A stretch of 64,000 nucleotides of DNA, from the NCBI GenBank assembly GCA_013414795.1, contig CP058732.1, positions 1,097,744 to 1,161,743 on the forward strand, written 5' to 3'. The notes under the pieces are model-generated. The model saw only the letters and a program-made list of their open reading frames with translations, had not been told where the DNA came from and did not search any database. How positions within the stretch are numbered: the first letter of the stretch is position 1; each line of letters opens with the position of its first letter. Positions 38,898 through 48,201 of this stretch are shown here, piece after piece. Source of the stretch: Candidatus Kapaibacterium sp. GTDB taxonomy: Bacteria > Bacteroidota > Ignavibacteria > Kapaibacteriales > UBA2268. Made by a program: the position numbers and the translations under genes.

Positions 38898-39761
38898 TTA
38901 TATAACGTTTTGGGGTCTTTTTTTAATGTAACCACCAATCGTATCCTTAACTTTATGCATTACTACGAATGCATTTGGGTCAATTCGATTTATTTCGCTC
39001 GTCAGTCTGGGAATTTCTATTCTTGTCATAACTGTGTAAAGAATGTCAATTTCATTAGATTCATTTTTTAAGCCTCGTTTTCCTTTGAAAATTGTTGCAC
39101 CACGGCCTAATTTGTAAATAATAGCATATCGCAATTCTTCTGATTTTTCAGAAACTATAATAACAGCAATGTATTCCTCTATACCTTCAATGAAGAAATC
39201 AGTTGTTTTCGAAGCGGAAATATAGGTGAGAATAGAATAGAAAGCCACTTCTATACCCAGGAAAATAGCTACGAGAGAAAAAATAATGATGTTTATGGTC
39301 AAGATTATATCTCCGACAGTGGTATGTAATTTACGACTGAGAAATATTGCAAGGATTTCAGTTCCATCGATAACCCCGCCACCTCGAATAGCAAAAGCGA
39401 TACCAGCCCCAAGGAAAAAGCCACCAAACACGGAGACAAGCAATTTGTCGTGAGTTATTGTGGGCAGTGGTACAATCGCTAACAAGAAGGAGAGCAAGGC
39501 AATTCCAATGATTGCTCTTAGAGCAATTTCTTTCGAAAATTGATAGAATGCAAGGATGATGAATGGCAAATTAAAGAGAACGATTAATAGCCAGATGGGT
39601 ATACCAGAAAGGATAGAGGTAATCATAGAAATACCAGTAACGCCACCATCGATGAATTTGTTCGGCAGAAGAAAAGACTTTAATCCAAAAGTTGCAGAAC
39701 TTGCTCCAATGCAAAGGAATATAATCTTTTTTATCTGAATTAGTACTTGTTTTACCGACAA
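38898..39761 (-). CDS. YitT-family membrane protein (DUF161 + DUF2179)
   Basis: Two 'DGG…G' DUF161-type repeats in the TM region (IDGGVTGISMI; IDGTEILAIF). Soluble C-terminal DUF2179-like tail. Confidence 0.7.
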   Translation of the reverse strand: MSVKQVLIQIKKIIFLCIGASSATFGLKSFLLPNKFIDGGVTGISMITSILSGIPIWLLIVLFNLPFIILAFYQFSKEIALRAIIGIALLSFLLAIVPLPTITHDKLLVSVFGGFFLGAGIAFAIRGGGVIDGTEILAIFLSRKLHTTVGDIILTINIIIFSLVAIFLGIEVAFYSILTYISASKTTDFFIEGIEEYIAVIIVSEKSEELRYAIIYKLGRGATIFKGKRGLKNESNEIDILYTVMTRIEIPRLTSEINRIDPNAFVVMHKVKDTIGGYIKKRPQNVI

Positions 39762-39769
39762 TTTCCTAC

Positions 39770-41215
39770 TTAGATTAACTTTTTAATGATATATTCGTAT
39801 GCCGATTTCAATCTCTCATCGACAAGCAAATTTCGCTCAGTAATATTAATAGAATGGAGAACTGTGGTGTGGTCTCGTCCTCCGAAATGTTTACCAATGG
39901 TTTCCAGTGTTGAGTTAGTCAACTCTTTTGCTATATACATTGCCAATTGACGAGGAATTACAAGTTCCTTTTTCCTCGATTTGGATTCCAACTCCGACGG
40001 TTCAACGTTGAAATAATGCGAGACAGCACTTTTTATTCTATCGATTGTAATGATTTTAGCGGTTCGGATATGCTTTGCTCGTAGGATATCTTTAACTAAT
40101 TCAATGCTTGGCTTTTTATTTCCCAATGCAACTTGTGCAACAAGACTTACAATAACACCTTCTATTTCTCTCACATTTGAAACAACGTTTTGTGCAATAT
40201 ACTCGATAACTTCTGTCGGAAGTTCCATTCCTTCGTTTTCAATCTTCTTTCTGGTAATGGCGATTCTCGTTTCGAGTTCTGGTGGTTCTATGTAAGCGTG
40301 AACTCCCCATTGGAAACGGCTGAGTAGTCTATCGTCGAGGTCTTTCAATTCTTTTGGGGCTTTGTCGCTTGAAAGTACGATTTGCTTTCCCGCTTGATGG
40401 AGAGTGTTGAATGTATGAAAGAAATGGTCCTGGATTTTGCCCTTGTTTTGAAAGAATTGAATATCATCAATCAACAAAACGTCGACATTTCTGTAAAGTT
40501 GAAGAAATTCGTTAACACTGTTGTTTTTAATTGCTTCAATGAAGTTATTTGCAAAATTTTCACTCGTTGAATAAAGGACTTGCACTTTGGGGTAATTTTC
40601 AAGAATAAAATTGCCAATTGCCTGAAGAAGGTGTGTCTTTCCCAAGCCAGTATTTCCATAAATAATCAACGGGTTGAACCTTGTGTTTAAAGGATTTTTT
40701 GCAACAGCAAGGCAAGTCGAGTAGGCAAATTCGTTGCTATCGCCAACAACAAAATTGTCGAAGGTAAAGTTTGGCACCAGGTTTGGATTGTAGTTCAATT
40801 TTTGAATTGCGTTAATTCTTGCTTTTTTTTGTGCAAGAGTTTGTGAACTGGGAATATTTAATTTGGAGACTTCTGGCTGTGTTTTGTCAATCACAACTTG
40901 ATATTTCAACTTAATATTTTCATCGAAAAACTTAACTAAGCCAGTTTTTATGAGATTGTAGTAATGTTCATCCAACCATTCACAATAAAATTGAGAGGGT
41001 ACTTGAACAAATAATTCATTATTTTCAATTTTCAAAGGTTTTAACGGAATGAACCAGGTTCTAAAAATATGCGTAGAAACATTGTTTTTAACAAAGCGAA
41101 GGAACTTTTTCCATTTTGCAGTCAAATTATCTTTATTATTTAAAGTAAGTTGTTGCGAGTCGATTTCAAAATCTGAAACTGGTAACAATTCTTCCGTCAT
41201 CCCATTCATCTCCAA
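39770..41215 (-). CDS. dnaA: chromosomal replication initiator protein DnaA
   Basis: AAA+ Walker A 'NPLIIYGNTGLGKTHLL', Walker B 'VLLIDDIQF'. C-terminal helix-turn-helix 'RQLAMYIAKELTNSTLETIGKHFGGRDHTTVLHS'. Confidence 0.93.
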   Translation of the reverse strand: MEMNGMTEELLPVSDFEIDSQQLTLNNKDNLTAKWKKFLRFVKNNVSTHIFRTWFIPLKPLKIENNELFVQVPSQFYCEWLDEHYYNLIKTGLVKFFDENIKLKYQVVIDKTQPEVSKLNIPSSQTLAQKKARINAIQKLNYNPNLVPNFTFDNFVVGDSNEFAYSTCLAVAKNPLNTRFNPLIIYGNTGLGKTHLLQAIGNFILENYPKVQVLYSTSENFANNFIEAIKNNSVNEFLQLYRNVDVLLIDDIQFFQNKGKIQDHFFHTFNTLHQAGKQIVLSSDKAPKELKDLDDRLLSRFQWGVHAYIEPPELETRIAITRKKIENEGMELPTEVIEYIAQNVVSNVREIEGVIVSLVAQVALGNKKPSIELVKDILRAKHIRTAKIITIDRIKSAVSHYFNVEPSELESKSRKKELVIPRQLAMYIAKELTNSTLETIGKHFGGRDHTTVLHSINITERNLLVDERLKSAYEYIIKKLI

Positions 41216-41504
41216 AAAATTCTACAAGCAAAGAAACACTATGTTCAAATTTGAATTTGAATAATAAACTAAATTGAAAGAAATTTTGAAAAATAACAAG
41301 AAAATTTTTAAAATTTTTTTGAAAAAATTTCTTTTTTGTTTTTCTATATTGAAATTCAAGTACTTTCATTTAAATTTTGTTAAAAAACTGTAAACTTTTT
41401 ATAAGTTCAATGTTAAGTTATTGTAAATAATAAAAATGAAGAAATAAACAATCTTAAAGAGTTTTTTGTTAAAAATTTTGTATAAATAATTAAAATTAAA
41501 TTAA
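41216..41504. promoter_or_regulatory. 289-bp highly AT-rich spacer upstream of dnaA (candidate dnaA promoter / DNA-unwinding element; origin function unproven)
   Basis: Largest non-coding interval in the window. Contains a 12-mer, TTTTGTTAAAAA, at two sites. No canonical TTATCCACA boxes visible by eye. Confidence 0.3.
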
Positions 41505-42500
41505 CTAAGGAAAAGGGGGAGCACCAATATGGAAGAAATTCAATACCTCCCCAATTTTTAAAAAATTCGAGTTACTAATTTTTGTTTTTTTGTCAAATTG
41601 ATACAAAATTTCCAACATTCCTTGTTGTTGCCAAATGAAATTTTGTGGTATTTGCTTAAATTTTCTTGTCAAAACGCCATAGGAATTCAAAGCGGGTGTT
41701 GACCAGAACCAAACGAAAAGGTTAATCCTTTGTTCTTCGTTGGCTAACGCAAGAGCCAAGGGAAGCACGCAGTTCAATAAAATTTCCAGTCGTAAATTTT
41801 TGCCCTCTTTGTCGATACGTGTTTTAGTTAGTTTATAAAATCTTTCTGGTACATTAAAATCTGCTTGTTTAGCAATATCGTACAAAATGTAAAGCATTTC
41901 GGAATTCTTCAATGTTTGGATAACTTCTTCGAGGATTTCTTCTTTATAGACTGGTCTTCTCTTTCGACTTCTATACTTATTCAAAAAGTTCCGAAGAGAG
42001 AATTCGAATGCATTTTCAATAGGCATTCTCTCGAGCAGAAGTTTGGCTTCGGATGTTTTGCGGAGAAGTCGCAATAGCGCATAGTTTTGCAATTCGTCGA
42101 GGGTATCCAAAAATTCGTTTATTTCGATTTCTCCGTCTGTTGGTTCGTTGGTTGGCAATAGTTCTGGTTCAATAATCAGTGTTTCAAAATTTTGGTTAAT
42201 TGGTATATCATTATTGAATACAATATGAACGCCAACTCGATTGTATTCAGCATCGTTTGAATGTTTATGTTCAAGCCATTCAGAAGCATTTTTGTGGAAC
42301 TCGCAATCACATATTATTATTGAACCATTCAGCAATATCGCAACATCACGGAAGTCGGGTCCCTTCTCACGGTTGATAAAACCAGGCGAAAGGAACTGCA
42401 ATCGCTTTCCACTAACAGTTGTGAAAACTTTCGAAGGGTCTGAAATTAATCGATGTATTTTTTGTTGAAGTTCAAGTTCTTTATCTTTCATATTAAACAA
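41505..42500 (-). CDS. hypothetical protein, possibly DUF2851-like
   Basis: 'GPDFRDVAILLNGSIIICDCEFHKNASEWLEHKH' resembles, from memory only, the GPDF…EIH…W..H block of DUF2851. Confidence 0.35.
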   Translation of the reverse strand: MFNMKDKELELQQKIHRLISDPSKVFTTVSGKRLQFLSPGFINREKGPDFRDVAILLNGSIIICDCEFHKNASEWLEHKHSNDAEYNRVGVHIVFNNDIPINQNFETLIIEPELLPTNEPTDGEIEINEFLDTLDELQNYALLRLLRKTSEAKLLLERMPIENAFEFSLRNFLNKYRSRKRRPVYKEEILEEVIQTLKNSEMLYILYDIAKQADFNVPERFYKLTKTRIDKEGKNLRLEILLNCVLPLALALANEEQRINLFVWFWSTPALNSYGVLTRKFKQIPQNFIWQQQGMLEILYQFDKKTKISNSNFLKIGEVLNFFHIGAPPFP

Positions 42501-43287
42501 CTTGTAGTTGGTTGCGATAGTACAATGTTTTCTCTATGACTTTCTCAATGAAATTTTTTTCCTTCGAGGCAAAAATAATATCCCTAGAAACGTTAATAAT
42601 AATATTTCTGTTGCGGTTGATTTCAAGAATTCTCGCAAGATTTCCCCCTTGCGTGCCAATCCCTGGAACAAGGAGAAAATTGTCTACCACTTTTTCTCTT
42701 ATCGATTGAAACTCCAATTCATTCGTAGCGCCAACCACAAAACCCAATTGTTCCTTTGTGAAATTATCTGTAAATTTTTCGATTATTAATTCATAGAAAA
42801 ATCTGTTATCAATTCGAAGTTTTTGAAAATCCGAAGCACCTGGGTTCGAGGTACAAGCAAGGACAAAGTTCAACTTATCATCGAATTCGAAGAAGGGCGT
42901 CAAGGAATCAACTCCCATAAGTGGATTCAGTGTTGCACAATCAAAACCAAAATGCTGGAAAATTGATTTTGCATAGGCTTGCGAAGTCGAACCAATGTCT
43001 CCACGCTTACCATCAGCAATTTTAACAATCTCATTTGGAATAAGTTCCACTGTTTTTTCGAGCAAATCAAATCCTTCGGAGCCAAATTGTTCATAGAATG
43101 CAAAGTTGAGTTTGTATGCACAAACAAATTTCTTGGTATTTTCAATTATTAATTTGTTGAATTCAAGTATTCCGAATGTGTTTCTTTGAATTCCTTCGGG
43201 CAATTTCTCGAGTTGCGGGTCCAATCCAATACATAATAGCGAATTATTCTTCTTTTGTATTTCGAGAAGTTTTTCAAAGACTTTCAT
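42493..43287 (-). CDS. pyrF: orotidine 5'-phosphate decarboxylase, type 2
   Basis: 'LLCIGLDPQLEKLP' and 'KIADGKRGDIGSTSQAYA' match the long-form PyrF family. Confidence 0.85.
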   Translation of the reverse strand: MKVFEKLLEIQKKNNSLLCIGLDPQLEKLPEGIQRNTFGILEFNKLIIENTKKFVCAYKLNFAFYEQFGSEGFDLLEKTVELIPNEIVKIADGKRGDIGSTSQAYAKSIFQHFGFDCATLNPLMGVDSLTPFFEFDDKLNFVLACTSNPGASDFQKLRIDNRFFYELIIEKFTDNFTKEQLGFVVGATNELEFQSIREKVVDNFLLVPGIGTQGGNLARILEINRNRNIIINVSRDIIFASKEKNFIEKVIEKTLYYRNQLQVV

Positions 43288-43295
43288 ATACGTAC

Positions 43296-44135
43296 TTAAT
43301 AAATTTCTGGAACGTAAGTAAATTCTTGTATTGGTGGTCTAACGTATGAATCATCAATTTTCCTTGGGGGAAGTTCGATTGGTTTGGGAGTTACGTCTTC
43401 GTATGGTATCATAGACAAGATATGGGCTATGCAATTCAAGCGGGCTTTCCTTTTATCGTCTGCATTTACGCAATACCACGGAGCAATTTTTGTGTCGGTA
43501 TACTTAAACATTTCGTCTTTGGCTTTTGAATACTCAACCCACTTGTGCCAACTTGCAATATCCATTTCGGATAATTTCCACCTTTTGGCTGGATTGGTGG
43601 CTCTTTCGCGAAATCGCTTTTCTTGTTCCTCGTCGCTGATTGAAAACCAATATTTTAGAAGAATTATTCCGCTGCGGATTAGCATTTTTTCGAATTCGGG
43701 ACAGGAGCGGAGGAATTCCCAATACTCGTCCTCAGTGCAAAATCCCATAACCCGTTCTACTCCTGCACGATTGTACCAACTTCTGTCGAATATGACAATT
43801 TCACCAGCGGAGGGTAAATGGGCAACGTAGCGTTGGAAGTACCATTGAGTTCGTTCGCGGTCGGATGGTTTTTCCAAAGCAACAACGCGACAGCCACGAG
43901 GATTCAATGGTTCGGTGATACGCTTGATCGTTCCACCTTTGCCCGCTGCGTCACGGCCTTCGAAAATGATAACGACTTTCAAACCTTTGTACTTAACCCA
44001 GTATTGCAATTTAACAAGTTCGGTTTGCAATTTAGCAAGTTCCTGCTCGTAGAATTTTTTGTGCAACTTCCCCTTTTCGTTGTACTTTGGGATCGGTTCA
44101 TATTCTTTTTCGCGGTCCTTTTCTTTGTGTCCCAT
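43296..44135 (-). CDS. polyphosphate kinase 2 (PPK2) family nucleotide phosphotransferase
   Basis: Walker A 'FEGRDAAGKGGTIKRI'. Lid and Walker B regions 'RSWYNRAGVERVMGF'. Confidence 0.88.
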   Translation of the reverse strand: MGHKEKDREKEYEPIPKYNEKGKLHKKFYEQELAKLQTELVKLQYWVKYKGLKVVIIFEGRDAAGKGGTIKRITEPLNPRGCRVVALEKPSDRERTQWYFQRYVAHLPSAGEIVIFDRSWYNRAGVERVMGFCTEDEYWEFLRSCPEFEKMLIRSGIILLKYWFSISDEEQEKRFRERATNPAKRWKLSEMDIASWHKWVEYSKAKDEMFKYTDTKIAPWYCVNADDKRKARLNCIAHILSMIPYEDVTPKPIELPPRKIDDSYVRPPIQEFTYVPEIY

Positions 44136-44149
44136 TTTCTTCCCCCAAA

Positions 44150-44707
44150 TTATTCAACAAACTCAAAAAATCTTATCGTTGTGTCACCATAATCTTTTTG
44201 TCGTAAAAGTTTATATTTTGCATTTTCCTTGAAAACTTCTTTTGGTGAAGTTTCGAAAACAAATATTGTGCCATTACGGGCAATTTTAAAAATTAAAGTA
44301 CTTTCCAACAGTTTGCTGTTTAGTTCCAATTCGTAAGGCGGATCGGAAAAAACCAAGTCGAATTTTGTTGGCTTTTTGTAATGGCGAAGGAAAGAAAACA
44401 CATCAGCATTGGTAACTTTGTATTTTTCTTTTTCTATTTGCAAAGAAGAAAGGTTATCTTTAATGATATTCACAGCATTTTTGCTTTTATCGACAAAGTG
44501 GCAAAATGAAGCTCCCCGACTGAGTGATTCAATTCCAAGCAGCCCAGTACCAGCGAACAAATCGAGGACAGTAATGTTATCGAATGTAAGAAAATTTTGC
44601 AAAATGTCGAAGATTGCTTCACGAACAAAATCGGAAGTTGGTCTGATTTCTTTCGGAACTTTCGCTTTGAAAGACTTACCTTTATACTTTCCTCCGACAA
44701 CACGCAT
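44150..44707 (-). CDS. rsmD: 16S rRNA (guanine966-N2)-methyltransferase RsmD
   Basis: 'VLDLFAGTGLLGIESLSRGA', 'LVFSDPPY'. About 185 aa, typical of RsmD. Confidence 0.85.
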   Translation of the reverse strand: MRVVGGKYKGKSFKAKVPKEIRPTSDFVREAIFDILQNFLTFDNITVLDLFAGTGLLGIESLSRGASFCHFVDKSKNAVNIIKDNLSSLQIEKEKYKVTNADVFSFLRHYKKPTKFDLVFSDPPYELELNSKLLESTLIFKIARNGTIFVFETSPKEVFKENAKYKLLRQKDYGDTTIRFFEFVE

Positions 44708-45630
44708 TAATATATTTTAATCCTCTTATGAATTTCTGGTAGAACAGCACCAACGCAAGGAGCGAAATGATGTGCAATGCGTGAACAAATTTGTTTATCT
44801 ATTGCTTCCAATTCGCTTGTAACCATTCGAAATGGATTTAACCTTTTGATTGAATTATACTTTTTTCCGTATTTATTCACAAGCAAATCCAAAGTCGGCT
44901 TATTGCAGTGCGTACCGAAAAGGTAGATAGAGTTGATTTGAATTTGAAATTCAGAATTTACTTTTGAAACTGTTTTGTCTATGAGTTCGGGTATTTCATC
45001 AAATGTATTATATTTTATCAAATTGTAGAAAAAGAAATCACTTCCTTTAATTACACTAAAGTCGATGAATTTATCGGAGATATTACAAAGTGCAGCTAAA
45101 TTGGACTTTTCTTCTGGATAATTGTAAAGAAAAGCATTATGGGAAGAAATTTGATTAATTTCAATTCTTTCAACTATTTTGTTGAGACGGTTTGAAATAG
45201 TTTTTAAATTTTGGAATATTATCTTTGGAATAATTGCTGCAAGAAAGTAGGAGTGATTCTTTCTTGGGACAAGTTCAAAAAGAAAAGTTGGAAACTCTTC
45301 GGGATTGAATTGCGGATAATTTTGACGGATTTCCATATTGATTACAGACATAATTTCATCGTTAGTAATATTGGGTCGACCAGGAAATTGGGTAAGTATT
45401 ACATATTCCATCGGAATAGAAACAGTAATTGAATTGGCATTTTGGAAACCCTTTACAATTTCGAAGAACTCTTCAAGACAATCATTATTGATGGGATTAT
45501 CAAGATTTTCAATGTCAAGAGTTGATGAGGTAGTAGCAAGGTTGTTCAATTTCAACCCAATTTGAGTCTTTTCAAGAAGTGCAAGGTAAATTCTTTCGGG
45601 TGAAAAACCAATTGAAAGGGTTTGTTCCAT
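44707..45630 (-). CDS. hypothetical protein (DUF3822-like?), stop overlaps rsmD start
   Basis: No catalytic motif found. Gene order (hypothetical then rsmD) recalls the Bacteroidota DUF3822-rsmD pairing. Assignment from memory only. Confidence 0.35.
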   Translation of the reverse strand: MEQTLSIGFSPERIYLALLEKTQIGLKLNNLATTSSTLDIENLDNPINNDCLEEFFEIVKGFQNANSITVSIPMEYVILTQFPGRPNITNDEIMSVINMEIRQNYPQFNPEEFPTFLFELVPRKNHSYFLAAIIPKIIFQNLKTISNRLNKIVERIEINQISSHNAFLYNYPEEKSNLAALCNISDKFIDFSVIKGSDFFFYNLIKYNTFDEIPELIDKTVSKVNSEFQIQINSIYLFGTHCNKPTLDLLVNKYGKKYNSIKRLNPFRMVTSELEAIDKQICSRIAHHFAPCVGAVLPEIHKRIKIY

Positions 45631-45639
45631 AATGAACCT

Positions 45640-46818
45640 TTAATTTCGTCTCATTTGGCGTAGATTTTTAATTAATTGGTGCAATTCAAATATTTCCTTC
45701 TCAATACCAACTTCGAGAATATGTTGTACATCAATCCTTGGCGAATATTGAATAAAATCAGCAATGTGTAAGATTGTAGCAAGATTAACGGCGGATTTGT
45801 TTAATTGTGAAGGATTATGGTGATAGGCAACAGCCTCGACAATGGTTAATGGAAAACCCCACAAGCCCAAGAGATATGCACCAATTTCTGCGTGGGTACA
45901 CTGGTAAATTTCAAACTCTGCGTCGAGGTTATAATATCCTTTTTGCTCGGAAAGCACAATTACATTTTGTGGATAGGTATAGGTATTTAGAAGTACAAAT
46001 TTGCCAACGTCGTGCAAAACACCAGCGGTGTAAGCCATATCAGTAAACGCCTTATCAGAGAAAAATTTTTGGGCAGTATGCAATGAGTTTGAACCAACGA
46101 CTAAACTATGTTGCCAAAATTGTTCAAGATACTTTCGATTCTCTGGAGTAACTTTAAAATTGGAAAATAAGTGAATATAGAAAATCAATGATTTAATGAC
46201 ATTCACTCCAAGGTAGGAAAGTGCGTAATTAATGTTTGTAACTTCCCTTTGCAGACCGAAGTGTGCAGAATTGACAATCTGAAGGATTTTGGCTGTTAAG
46301 TTGGGGTCTTTTGAAATTAAATTCCCAATTTTGTTTAAAGAAAAATCTGGCTTCGAAATTTCTTGTTCAATTTGAATGTACAATTCTGGTAATGAAGGAA
46401 GCGAGGTTGTATTTTGCACCAATTCCTTGACTTTTTCATTTTTTAGTATTGATTGCAAATGCAATGTTCTTTCAATTCGCTCTCTAATGTTTCCAGCAGT
46501 ATAGGGGGGAGGTACAAATTGGTGCACGTATTGACTTAATGGTGCAACATTTTGTGCTTCGACGCTTGAGACCAAACCGAAACGGATAACTTCTGGAAAA
46601 AGTCTTTTGATTTCCTTTAAGATATTTGAACCAGAGGGAAGAGTAATATTGGTCGATGAAAAAACAATATCAATTTTATTGTTTGCTAAAATTTGCAGAC
46701 CTCTTTCCCCGTTTTCTGCAAAAAAAACATCATAATCATCTTGCAAAGGAACTACATTTCGGACTAATTCTTTAATAGTTTTCTCATCATTATCAATGAA
46801 TAAGATGCTGGTTTTCAT
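45640..46818 (-). CDS. receiver-like (REC) domain + HDOD domain signalling protein
   Basis: N-terminal CheY-like fold (ILFIDNDE…). C-terminal HDOD block 'ILQIVNSAHFGLQREVTNINYALSYLGVNVIKSLIF'. Confidence 0.7.
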   Translation of the reverse strand: MKTSILFIDNDEKTIKELVRNVVPLQDDYDVFFAENGERGLQILANNKIDIVFSSTNITLPSGSNILKEIKRLFPEVIRFGLVSSVEAQNVAPLSQYVHQFVPPPYTAGNIRERIERTLHLQSILKNEKVKELVQNTTSLPSLPELYIQIEQEISKPDFSLNKIGNLISKDPNLTAKILQIVNSAHFGLQREVTNINYALSYLGVNVIKSLIFYIHLFSNFKVTPENRKYLEQFWQHSLVVGSNSLHTAQKFFSDKAFTDMAYTAGVLHDVGKFVLLNTYTYPQNVIVLSEQKGYYNLDAEFEIYQCTHAEIGAYLLGLWGFPLTIVEAVAYHHNPSQLNKSAVNLATILHIADFIQYSPRIDVQHILEVGIEKEIFELHQLIKNLRQMRRN

Positions 46819-46878
46819 AATTCTATTTTATTTTAAATAATTTGCAATTTAAGAAATTATCTCAAAAGTAAAAAGTTT

Positions 46879-48201
46879 TTAGCAACTCATAACTCTTTCC
46901 CAGAATGCTGAATTAAATAGAGGATCTTTGAATTGTAAAAAATTGTTTACTTCTGGATAAGATTCGTGGAATATTTTACTACTCATTCTTGCATCTTTGG
47001 CTGGATATAAAGCACCGCCAAAATCAACAACCGTACTATCGAGTTTATTGAGTTTTTGGAAAATATCTTGAGTAATTGGAAAGTCAATTGCAAGCGTTAG
47101 TCCTTCTCTTGGAAAAGAAAGTATTCCCGCTTTCGGTTTGTTTCCAAATGTTTTTAAGACGGTTAAAAACGAAGACAGACCCAGTTTTTTAATTTCGTTA
47201 AGTATTGTAAGTAAATTCCTTTCGCAATTATCTTTGGGTATAACAAATTGATATTGTAAAAATCCCTTTCGTCCGTAAAGATAGTTCCAATTGTTAACTC
47301 CATCCAATGGGTAGAAGAAAGGGTCGTAATGAATGATATGCTCTGCATATTTATCAAATTGCTTGGAGTAATACAGTGCATTAAAAATAAAAATAGAAAG
47401 ATTGTTTATTAGCGAAAATGGCAATACGAAAGGAATAGAAATTTTGGATTTTTTTTGTTTTACGCTTTGGTCTGAAAAAAAGTGATTTGCACGCTGGTAA
47501 ATTCCTCGAACCGAATTTAGACTTCCGTTGGTTAAATCCACCCAAGCGACGGTGTATTCGAAATTTTTCTCCGATGCATCATTGATTTCGAAGAATTCGC
47601 TAATGGACTTGAATTTAATCGTTTGAAGGTAAAGATATTCGCTGGGAATTTTTTTTAGTGTGAATTCTGCGTTCAATATTAAGCCAGTTAAACCTAAACC
47701 ACCAATTGTGGCTTGGAATAGTTCGGGATTTTCCTCTGGGGAACAATGAACTATCGACCCATCGGAACGCAGTAAATCGAAACTTTTCACATAGTGACCA
47801 AATGAGCCAGCCTTGTGGTGGTTCTTGCCGTGGACATCGTTGGCAATAGCCCCTCCAACAGTTATATATTTTGTTCCAGGTGTAACGGGAAGGAACCAAC
47901 CCTTTGGTACAATATGTTTTAATATTTGCTCTAATGTTACACCGCTTTCGCAGTGTAATATTCCATTCTCTTGATCAAAGCGAATAAGATGTTTCAATTC
48001 GGTTGTGTCGATTAAAATACCATTGTCGACCAAGCATACATCGCCGTAACTTCTTCCAAGACCAAATGGTAGTACTTTGTTGCAATTTTCAAAGACACTA
48101 CTTTCGTTTCGCCAGAAAATCTTTTTTACTTTCTTTGGTGATATTTTGGGATAAAGTCCCCAGGAATGGTATCTGTTCATAGTGCAAACGCCATCAACCA
48201 A
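46879..48201 (-). CDS. FAD-binding oxidoreductase, DprE1-like (decaprenylphosphoryl-beta-D-ribose 2'-oxidase family)
   Basis: PCMH-type FAD-binding N-terminal domain (GLGRSYGDV…VTVGGAIANDVHGKNHHKAGSFGHYV) and an alpha+beta C-terminal domain. Adjacent to a UbiA-type enzyme. Confidence 0.65.
   Translation of the reverse strand: MVDGVCTMNRYHSWGLYPKISPKKVKKIFWRNESSVFENCNKVLPFGLGRSYGDVCLVDNGILIDTTELKHLIRFDQENGILHCESGVTLEQILKHIVPKGWFLPVTPGTKYITVGGAIANDVHGKNHHKAGSFGHYVKSFDLLRSDGSIVHCSPEENPELFQATIGGLGLTGLILNAEFTLKKIPSEYLYLQTIKFKSISEFFEINDASEKNFEYTVAWVDLTNGSLNSVRGIYQRANHFFSDQSVKQKKSKISIPFVLPFSLINNLSIFIFNALYYSKQFDKYAEHIIHYDPFFYPLDGVNNWNYLYGRKGFLQYQFVIPKDNCERNLLTILNEIKKLGLSSFLTVLKTFGNKPKAGILSFPREGLTLAIDFPITQDIFQKLNKLDSTVVDFGGALYPAKDARMSSKIFHESYPEVNNFLQFKDPLFNSAFWERVMSC

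Noticed and set aside
41166-41369. 67-aa ORF in the dnaA upstream spacer
   Set aside because: Lys/Phe-rich low-complexity translation of AT-rich DNA. No RBS or motif. The region is more plausibly regulatory.
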